Shown here: in pieces, positions 1 through 5,681 of the stretch
How positions within the stretch are numbered: the stretch's first letter is position 1
Layout: each line of letters begins with the position of its first letter
From: a virus
DNA: 14,132 nucleotides
Reading direction: 5' to 3' (one strand)
IMG/VR virus record: IMGVR_UViG_3300045988_079294
Made by a program: the position numbers and the translations under genes
The notes under the pieces: model-generated
Seen by the model: the letters and a program-made list of their open reading frames with translations, nothing else
What the model was told of the DNA's origin: nothing
The model's database searches: none

Positions 1-16
1 GCGAAAACCTAATACG

Positions 17-122
17 GTTAGAGACCTCTAACTTCCCACGGGCTGCTTTAACACGCTAAAGCGTTAAAGCGTTTGTTAATTAACTAACAATCTCAGCGTC
101 AGCCCTGTTAAAGCTCTCTAAC
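17..122. repeat. Array of short palindromes and iterated GTTA-core motifs in the terminal non-coding DNA (putative origin/terminal-protein-polymerase recognition region)
   Basis: GTTAGAG 17-23 and CTCTAAC 26-32 are inverted with a 2-bp spacer. GCTTTAAC 45-52 and GTTAAAGC 63-70 are inverted. GTTAATTAAC 75-84 is a perfect 10-bp palindrome. GTTAAAGC recurs at 107-114 and CTCTAAC at 116-122. The whole array is mirrored at 14011-14116. Confidence 0.6.
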
Positions 123-138
123 CGCCCGGCCATGTGAA

Positions 139-164
139 GGGCGCAAGCCTCGGTGCCTGCGCCC
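139..164 (-). terminator. GC-rich hairpin downstream of the left ITR ORF (weak terminator or 3'-end stabiliser)
   Basis: Mirror image of 13969-13994. The stem is about 10 bp (GGGCGCAGGC / GCTTGCGCCC, one G-U). No clean U tract follows it (TTCACAT). Confidence 0.3.
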
Positions 165-173
165 GTGATCGTG

Positions 174-404
174 TTACCAATTGTAAGCCTCCATGTACTC
201 GGTCACGTCCTCTACGTAATCCATGAAGTATTGTGATCCCTTGCCGTAGTCAGGGCGCTCCACGCGGTACAGGCTGTAGATGGGATTGAGGTTGTCTTCG
301 CACTCAAGGCGGATAACGTAGCGATATTTCTTGGTCGTGTAGCTGATCTCTCCGAAGTCGTGCTTGCCGTTTTCAATTATGTTCATAATGAATTTGCTAG
401 TCAT
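174..404 (-). CDS. ITR-encoded 76-aa protein of unknown function, left copy (net acidic, Tyr-rich)
   Basis: Intact ORF, nucleotide-identical to 13729-13959. It has its own consensus promoter (435-463, minus strand) and a GGGAG RBS 9 nt before the ATG. I recognise no motif in it. Confidence 0.7.
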   Translation of the reverse strand: MTSKFIMNIIENGKHDFGEISYTTKKYRYVIRLECEDNLNPIYSLYRVERPDYGKGSQYFMDYVEDVTEYMEAYNW

Positions 405-434
405 GTTTTTTCGCTCCCTTCTCTTGATGGTTAA

Positions 435-463
435 AGTATATCATATATTCCTCAATTTGTCAA
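435..463 (-). promoter_or_regulatory. Leftward sigma70/SigA-type promoter of the left ITR ORF
   Basis: Read on the minus strand: TTGACA (458-463), a 17-nt spacer, then extended -10 TGaTATACT (-10 hexamer 435-440). TTTTCGAAAA (468-477) lies 4 nt upstream of the -35. Confidence 0.75.
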
Positions 464-485
464 TATCTTTTCGAAAATATTTTAC

Positions 486-514
486 TTGACTTTACAGTAA
501 ATATATGATATACT
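486..514 (+). promoter_or_regulatory. Rightward early promoter
   Basis: TTGACT 486-491, a 17-nt spacer, then TGaTATACT with the -10 at 509-514. It shares the 16-nt core ATATATGATATACTTT with both ITR promoters. It is followed by an AAAGGAGG RBS (524-531) and the ATG at 539. Confidence 0.8.
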
Positions 515-538
515 TTTCTCATCAAAGGAGGTGGTATA

Positions 539-742
539 ATGGAAATACAACTTACAGAGCGCGAAGCGCTTGACCTTCAGGGCGTGTGTGCCCTTGCCCG
601 CCTAGGAGGGTTGGCCGTCAAAGACCGCAACCATGGAGACAAAGACTATTGTAGCTACATTGAAAGCCTCATGCAGGTAGCGACTTGCCTAGAGAAGCGA
701 TTAGCGTTAGCAATAGAAACGGAGGCTAAAACGCATGGATGA
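539..742 (+). CDS. Early hypothetical protein, 67 aa
   Basis: First ORF after the early promoter, with a strong AAAGGAGG RBS at good spacing. I recognise no motif. Confidence 0.6.
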   Translation: MEIQLTEREALDLQGVCALARLGGLAVKDRNHGDKDYCSYIESLMQVATCLEKRLALAIETEAKTHG

Positions 743-935
743 TTACTACCGCAAACTTTATGCGCAAGAACTCGCACGTCTGCTCCGCTGCTCCGATACA
801 TGGAACATGCGTCTGGCCGACGAGCTTGTTAATCTTGCAGGATTGAACAGTGAACAAGTCTTTGTAACCGACGAAGAACAACACACCAAGCTAGTATTTC
901 GCGCAGCAGAAAAATTGGGGGTGAAAATCATATGA
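735..935 (+). CDS. Early hypothetical protein, 66 aa
   Basis: GGAGG lies 9 nt upstream. The start overlaps the end of the previous ORF by 8 nt, suggesting translational coupling. Confidence 0.55.
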   Translation: MDDYYRKLYAQELARLLRCSDTWNMRLADELVNLAGLNSEQVFVTDEEQHTKLVFRAAEKLGVKII

Positions 936-1198
936 AAACGTTTATAACGAAAATCGGCAAGGAATGGTACGCGTTTGCCGCCTGTAATCATCTAGGCGAA
1001 CCGTGGGCGTACAATATCGGAATCGAATCCCGCTACGCTCGCTCTGCTGTCAAGGCTACAGCGGCCAACGTGGAACGCATCTGCCGCCCGTCCCGTGACA
1101 AGAACCTAGCAATCAAGAAGGCTCAGCGCGCGGGCAAAATGCACGGCTGGAAGTATTTTGGGGAGGTGGCGTTAGATGGCACGGAAGCCCTTTCTTGA
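932..1198 (+). CDS. Early hypothetical protein, 88 aa (basic)
   Basis: ATGA start/stop overlap with the previous ORF (932-935) and a GGGGGTGA RBS. I recognise no motif. Confidence 0.55.
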   Translation: MKTFITKIGKEWYAFAACNHLGEPWAYNIGIESRYARSAVKATAANVERICRPSRDKNLAIKKAQRAGKMHGWKYFGEVALDGTEALS

Positions 1199-1493
1199 CG
1201 GTGATAACCGTCTGAGTGTGGCTGTCTCCCGCGAGGTTGCCGAGTGGGTTGACGATTATGCCCACGATCTCTATATAAGCCGTTCCGAGCTTCTGCGCGC
1301 TATCATTGACGTAGCGCGCGAAGGCGCGAAGCAAATGCCCGATCTGTACAGCGTTGTAATTATCAATCATCTTGCGGAGGTGTGCCCTTATGGCTGCAAA
1401 AAAGCAACTGCTAACATATCCCGAGGACGTGTATGTACCGCAAGCGATACAGCGCGGACTACTGACCGAGCAGCAGGTAAGAAGCGAGTATAG
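1176..1493 (+). CDS. Ribbon-helix-helix (CopG/Arc/MetJ-type) DNA-binding protein, putative transcriptional regulator
   Basis: Residues ~11-50 (nt 1206-1325), NRLSVAVSREVAEWVDDYAHDLYISRSELLRAIIDVAREG, fit the strand-helix-helix RHH pattern. GGGGAGGTG RBS. It sits directly upstream of the terminal protein candidate and polymerase, like gene 4 in the phi29 4-3-2 order. The C-terminal ~35 aa overlap the next gene and look low-quality. Confidence 0.6.
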   Translation: MARKPFLDGDNRLSVAVSREVAEWVDDYAHDLYISRSELLRAIIDVAREGAKQMPDLYSVVIINHLAEVCPYGCKKATANISRGRVCTASDTARTTDRAAGKKRV

Positions 1494-2028
1494 CCGCTTG
1501 TTAGCCATTGGAATGAAGCGCTATAACCGCCTTGTTGCTGCTGGTTATGCGGAACGCGAATCGGCCAAACTGCTTAAGGCGCAGCTTGTCCGTTTGAAGG
1601 ACATGCCGCGGTACCCGTCAACACCCGCGGGCGAGAACCAGCGTCAGCGCGCGCTAGCCTATCATCTAACAGGCTTGTCCTACGTGCTGACGCTGAAAAC
1701 GGGCACCGTCTCGGGTATTAAGAACTACGAAAAGGCCACGCTTGCTCGCCTGCACAGGTACGGCTATGAATTTGTGACAGAGGCGAATCTCGCCCATTTC
1801 GGCGCGTTTATGGAGAAGCATCGCGCTGAGGTTATGGGCAATGTCCTAGAATCTGACGTTATCGCGCGTGTGTGGAACGAGTCCGAGCGTTTGCAGATTC
1901 CCACGGAACAGGTGGAGAAGGATTTTAGTTTTTTCGTCCAGCATTTGGACGAAATAGAAGACATTCCAGCGGCGCAGGCTGGCGGCGATTCGAAACAACT
2001 GCGCAAATTGCTAGCAAGGAAGAAGTAG
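1390..2028 (+). CDS. Candidate terminal protein (primer protein), 212 aa; assigned by position only
   Basis: Long ORF immediately upstream of the protein-primed polymerase; its stop is 1 nt before the pol ATG. This matches phi29 gene 3-gene 2 synteny. ATG 1390 has GGAGG (1376-1380) at 9 nt. The track's TTG 1372 start would place that RBS inside the ORF. I can verify no sequence motif. Confidence 0.5.
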   Translation: MAAKKQLLTYPEDVYVPQAIQRGLLTEQQVRSEYSRLLAIGMKRYNRLVAAGYAERESAKLLKAQLVRLKDMPRYPSTPAGENQRQRALAYHLTGLSYVLTLKTGTVSGIKNYEKATLARLHRYGYEFVTEANLAHFGAFMEKHRAEVMGNVLESDVIARVWNESERLQIPTEQVEKDFSFFVQHLDEIEDIPAAQAGGDSKQLRKLLARKK

Positions 2029-2029
2029 T

Positions 2030-4027
2030 ATGGATAGCGTTTACACCGTAGAGACATTTCCGTTTGAACTCATAGCGCAGGCGAAACATGTAAAGCGTAA
2101 GCGTGGTAATAACGGCGGTAGAAGTAAACGCGATTTGAAAGACCTTGTATGCGCATTTGATATTGAAACATCTAATCTCCCTGATATTGAGCAAGCATCT
2201 ATGTATATCTGGCAACTACAGATTGACGATCTGGGCACGATCATCGGGCGAACATGGGACGAATACCGGCAACTGCTGGCGCGCGTGTGTGACTTGCTGG
2301 GCGAGAACGAGAGTATTGTTTTTTACGTGCACAATCTCTCGTTTGAATTCCAGTTTTTGCGCGGTATTTATCCCTTTCAGCCGGACGAGGTTTTCTGCAT
2401 GGACAGCCGTAAGATACTGTACTGTTCTATGTTCGACGGGAAAATCCTCTACCGTTGCAGTTACATACATAGTAACATGAGCCTTGCGGACTACACCAAG
2501 AAAATGGGCGTGGAGCATGTCAAGCTATCGGGCGTAGATTTTGATTATCACGAAACGCGCTACCCATGGACTCCACTAACCGATGAGCAGATAGCCTATT
2601 GTATTCATGACGTGCGAGGCCTAGTTGAAGCACTGAAAAAGGAAATGGAAGTTGACGGCGATACACTGATAACCATTCCGCTAACGTCAACCGGTTACGT
2701 GCGTCGGGACGCAAAGCGAGCGATGAAGCAAGTGAGCCACACATTGGTTTCTTCCATTCTTCCGGACGAGAAAACATTTATCTTGCTTCGTGAGGCCTTC
2801 CGTGGTGGGAACACTCACGCAAACCGCTACTATGCTGGGCGCATCATTACTGATGTGGCTAGTGCTGACCGTTCAAGCAGCTACCCCGACACGCAAGTAA
2901 ATTGCAAGTTTCCCATGTCGCGATTTTACTATAAGGGCGAGGCGACCATGAAGGAACTTGAACGCTATATCAATGTGCTGGATAAGGCTGTTGTCATGCG
3001 CGTGGCCTTGTGGGGCGTGCGGCTCCGTGACCCATACTGGGGCGCGCCCTATCTGGCAAGGGACAAGTGTCGGAAGATTATAGAGCCAACCTACGACAAC
3101 GGACGAATATTGGAGTGCAAATACTGTGAAACTACGATTACAGATGTGGACTTGCGAATTCTGCTGGACGAATACGATTTTGATAATTTTAAGGCGTTTG
3201 ACGTAGCATTTGCCCGCTATGGCAAGCTTCCCCGTCCGTTGGTGGAAGAGACAATAAACTACTACCGAAAAAAGACCGAACTAAAGAACGTGGAAGGGCA
3301 GGAAATATATTACATGAAGAGCAAGAACAAATTGAATTCCATCTATGGCATGATGGCACAGAATCCAGCCAAGGAAACCATACTATTTAAGGATAACGAT
3401 TATATTAAAGATGATATACCTCTGGGCGAACGCCTGAAGGAAGCGAATCGCCGAGCATTTCTGGCTTATCAGTGGGGGTGCTGGGTGACCGCATGGGCGC
3501 GCTACCGGCTAGAAGAAGGTATCAAGCTGGCTGGCGACCAGTTTGTCTATTGTGATACGGATTGTGTAAAGTACGTCCGAGAGATTGACTGGCGACCCTA
3601 CAACGTACAGCGTATTAAAGACAGCACGTCGAACGGAGCCTTTGCAGATGATCCGAGCGGAGAACGGCACTATATGGGTGTGTATGAACAGGAAAAGACT
3701 GATCAACGGTTTAAGACGCTGGGCGCGAAAAAATACGCATTTGAGCAGGACGGGAAGACCTATATCACCGTGGCGGGCGTAAACAAACGGTTAGGTGGGA
3801 AAGAACTGGAACGGTTTGGAGGATTAGATGCATTTAACGAAGGGTTTATCTTCCGGGAGGCTGGCGGCATGGAAAGCGTCTACAACGATGAACCGTATGG
3901 ATATGTCAATATTGACGGGCATGAACTCTACGTGGGGACGAATGTCCTTCTCCGTGATAGCACATACTCGCTAGGCATCACGGACGAGTATCGCAGAATC
4001 CTTGAAAAATGTTACTGCATGGGTTGA
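2030..4027 (+). CDS. Family B DNA polymerase, protein-primed (phi29 gp2-like), 665 aa
   Basis: ExoI is FDIET (D44 codon 2159-2161). ExoII-like is HNLSFEF (2330-2350). ExoIII is YCIHD. Motif A is DRSSSYP (from 2867). Motif B is KNKLNSIYG (3323-3349). Motif C is YCDTDC (3548-3565). The KxY motif is GAKKYAF. Confidence 0.93.
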   Translation: MDSVYTVETFPFELIAQAKHVKRKRGNNGGRSKRDLKDLVCAFDIETSNLPDIEQASMYIWQLQIDDLGTIIGRTWDEYRQLLARVCDLLGENESIVFYVHNLSFEFQFLRGIYPFQPDEVFCMDSRKILYCSMFDGKILYRCSYIHSNMSLADYTKKMGVEHVKLSGVDFDYHETRYPWTPLTDEQIAYCIHDVRGLVEALKKEMEVDGDTLITIPLTSTGYVRRDAKRAMKQVSHTLVSSILPDEKTFILLREAFRGGNTHANRYYAGRIITDVASADRSSSYPDTQVNCKFPMSRFYYKGEATMKELERYINVLDKAVVMRVALWGVRLRDPYWGAPYLARDKCRKIIEPTYDNGRILECKYCETTITDVDLRILLDEYDFDNFKAFDVAFARYGKLPRPLVEETINYYRKKTELKNVEGQEIYYMKSKNKLNSIYGMMAQNPAKETILFKDNDYIKDDIPLGERLKEANRRAFLAYQWGCWVTAWARYRLEEGIKLAGDQFVYCDTDCVKYVREIDWRPYNVQRIKDSTSNGAFADDPSGERHYMGVYEQEKTDQRFKTLGAKKYAFEQDGKTYITVAGVNKRLGGKELERFGGLDAFNEGFIFREAGGMESVYNDEPYGYVNIDGHELYVGTNVLLRDSTYSLGITDEYRRILEKCYCMG

Positions 4028-4052
4028 CAAACTGCGCTCCATGGTATATAAT
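4024..4052 (+). promoter_or_regulatory. Consensus sigma70/SigA-type promoter
   Basis: TTGACA 4024-4029, a 17-nt spacer, TATAAT 4047-4052. The polymerase stop codon TGA (4025-4027) lies inside the -35 hexamer. Confidence 0.8.
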
Positions 4053-4058
4053 ATATTC

Positions 4059-4219
4059 GTAACGCAAAGCATCCCAAGCGTGGCATGCAGGTAGGAACAT
4101 TGAGCAGCGCCTACCGACTGCCTGTCTCCCGTGACGTGTGGAAGTTATAGCCTCCTTCCGTGCGTCGCACGACACCCGACTAACCTATCTACCAAATAAG
4201 AGAAACGGAGAAGAAAACT
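4059..4219 (+). other. Structured ~160-nt non-coding leader or candidate small RNA between the promoter and the SSB-like gene
   Basis: No credible + strand ORF. Hairpin 1 spans 4082-4126: 13 pairs with one mismatch, a 3-nt bulge and a 14-nt loop. Hairpin 2 spans 4131-4168: 14 pairs including 4 G-U, with a 10-nt loop. No U tract occurs before the ATG at 4220. Confidence 0.4.
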
Positions 4220-4555
4220 ATGAAAGTTATTGCCAAGTCTAACAACCTCAAGCCGCAGGAACTCTACCAGATGGCCAACGGGAACGACATTAAGCGCATG
4301 CGCGATGTGGCCGGACAGACGCTTGACCTTGCGGGCTGGCTCATCTTTGAGGACGAGAAGCCCGACGGGGAAATCTCCACGATTGTGACCGTACGCACGA
4401 CCGAAGGCGAAATGTACGCCACCAATTCACCGACCTTCCGCCGTAGCTTCGAAAGCATGACTGCCTTCTTTGAATCCGTGGACGCTATCAGAGTTGTGTC
4501 CGCGACCAGCAAGAAGGGAAGGCCGTTCATCACTTGCGACTACGTGGAACGCTAA
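4220..4555 (+). CDS. Putative single-stranded DNA-binding protein (phi29 gp5-like), 111 aa
   Basis: From memory of phi29 p5, TIVTVRTTEGEMYATNSPTF resembles TVTTIFAADGSLYSAISKTV, and IRVVSATSKKGRPF resembles VKVVQGTSSKGNVF. It forms a monocistronic unit between a consensus promoter and a strong terminator, consistent with a highly expressed protein. Confidence 0.5.
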   Translation: MKVIAKSNNLKPQELYQMANGNDIKRMRDVAGQTLDLAGWLIFEDEKPDGEISTIVTVRTTEGEMYATNSPTFRRSFESMTAFFESVDAIRVVSATSKKGRPFITCDYVER

Positions 4556-4562
4556 ACCGGAC

Positions 4563-4590
4563 AGCGCCCTTCATGGGCGCTTTTCTTTTT
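4563..4590 (+). terminator. Rho-independent terminator
   Basis: Perfect 7-bp stem AGCGCCC/GGGCGCT (4563-4569 / 4575-4581) with a 5-nt loop, followed by TTTCTTTTT (4582-4590). It starts 8 nt after the stop codon. Confidence 0.85.
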
Positions 4591-4622
4591 AATGTTCCAC
4601 GTGAAACAATGGGAGGTGCGAA

Positions 4623-5675
4623 ATGAAACTTTACAACGTTGACGGCTGGGCGGACATTCCCGCGATTCTGGAATATTGCGAACGGCAAGGCTGCTTTACG
4701 GTCTTTCTGGTGGGTGGGCGTGGTACAGGCAAGACATACGGCGCGCTATCCTACGTGTTGGATACTCAAACCACGTTTATGTACATGCGGCGGACGCAGG
4801 CTCAGGCTGATATGGTGAGCAGGCCTGAGTTTTCGCCATTTAAGTCTATCAATGACGACCGTGATATCTATATCGGTTCTGTTGCCGTCTCCAAGTATTC
4901 CGCCGGATTTTATCACATGGAGCAGGATAGCGACGATAAATGGAAGCCCGTCGGCGCTCCGCTGGGCTATTCATGCGCCCTGTCTACAATCTCAAATATG
5001 CGCGGCTTTGATGCGTCAAATGTGCGCCTACTTGTATATGACGAGTTTATTCCAGAGCGCCATGAGCGCCCCATAAAGAACGAAGCCGCAGCACTGTTTA
5101 ACGCATACGAGACGATCAGCCGCAACCGTGAAATGAAGGGGCAGAAGCCGTTAATCATGCTATGCTTGTCCAACGCGAACGACCTTGCAAACCCCATTTT
5201 TATGGAGCTCGGCCTTGTGGATAAGGTGGAGCGCATGCGTCAAAAAGGGCGCAGCGAATACATAGACCACAAGCGCGGTTGCGCGGTTATCCTGCTGACG
5301 GATAGCCCTATCAGCCACGCCAAGCGGGAAACGGCGCTTTACCGTCTGACGGCGGGCACCCAATTTGCAGATATGGCGCTGGCTAACGATTTTACTCAGG
5401 ATCACCCGATTAATATTGTGTCGAAGGACTTGAAGCAGTACCGCCCTCTATGCGCTGTTGGGGAGATTACAATATATAAACATAAATCCGCTCAGGAGTA
5501 TTACGTCTCCACTCATCGCAGCGGCTCGCCGCGCTCATATGATGCTACGCCCTACGGGTGCGCGCAATTCCAGAAGGAACAGGCCTGGCTTCGCATTGCC
5601 TATCTTGAAGGAAAGTTATATTTTGAGTCATATTCTTGTCAAAAATACTTGACAAATTACCTTAAGACTGTATAA
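4623..5675 (+). CDS. DNA encapsidation (packaging) ATPase, phi29 gp16-like, 350 aa
   Basis: Walker A is GGRGTGKT (4713-4736). Walker B is LLVYDE (5028-5045). The block VYDEFIPE...NEAAALFNAYETISRNRE...IMLCLSNANDLANPIF parallels phi29 gp16 VFDEFIRE...NEVSALLNLMDTVFRNRE...CICLSNAVSVVNPYF (recalled from memory). GGGAGGTG RBS. Confidence 0.9.
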   Translation: MKLYNVDGWADIPAILEYCERQGCFTVFLVGGRGTGKTYGALSYVLDTQTTFMYMRRTQAQADMVSRPEFSPFKSINDDRDIYIGSVAVSKYSAGFYHMEQDSDDKWKPVGAPLGYSCALSTISNMRGFDASNVRLLVYDEFIPERHERPIKNEAAALFNAYETISRNREMKGQKPLIMLCLSNANDLANPIFMELGLVDKVERMRQKGRSEYIDHKRGCAVILLTDSPISHAKRETALYRLTAGTQFADMALANDFTQDHPINIVSKDLKQYRPLCAVGEITIYKHKSAQEYYVSTHRSGSPRSYDATPYGCAQFQKEQAWLRIAYLEGKLYFESYSCQKYLTNYLKTV

Positions 5676-5676
5676 T
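5649..5676 (+). promoter_or_regulatory. Consensus promoter overlapping the 3' end of the ATPase gene
   Basis: TTGACA 5649-5654, a 16-nt spacer, TATAAT 5671-5676. The ATPase stop TAA (5673-5675) lies inside the -10. The inverted repeat TTGTCAA (5636-5642) N6 TTGACAA (5649-5655) overlaps the -35. Confidence 0.7.
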
Positions 5677-5681
5677 GTAAT

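Larger units (their letters stand above)
1..449. repeat. Left inverted terminal repeat (ITR-L), 449 bp
   Basis: Compared base by base. Position i pairs with 14133-i for i=1..449, and identity stops at 450/13683. The repeat begins at the very first and last base of the window. Confidence 0.95.

Noticed and set aside
1-8. Terminal nucleotide reiteration for sliding-back or jumping-back initiation (the end reads GCGAAAAC)
   Set aside because: There is no clear terminal repeat of the phi29 AAA or adenovirus CATCAT type; there is only G-C-G. A base or two may also be missing from assembled ends, so nothing can be concluded from the sequence alone.
1249-1277. Possible internal promoter TTGACG-17-TATATA inside the RHH gene
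   Set aside because: The -10 lacks the conserved final T, there is no extended -10, and no gene start is suitably placed. It is likely a chance match.
3978-4175. 65-aa minus-strand ORF covering the 4053-4219 leader
   Set aside because: It has no RBS and runs against a consensus + strand promoter. Its composition reflects the hairpin sequence. I treat the region as non-coding.
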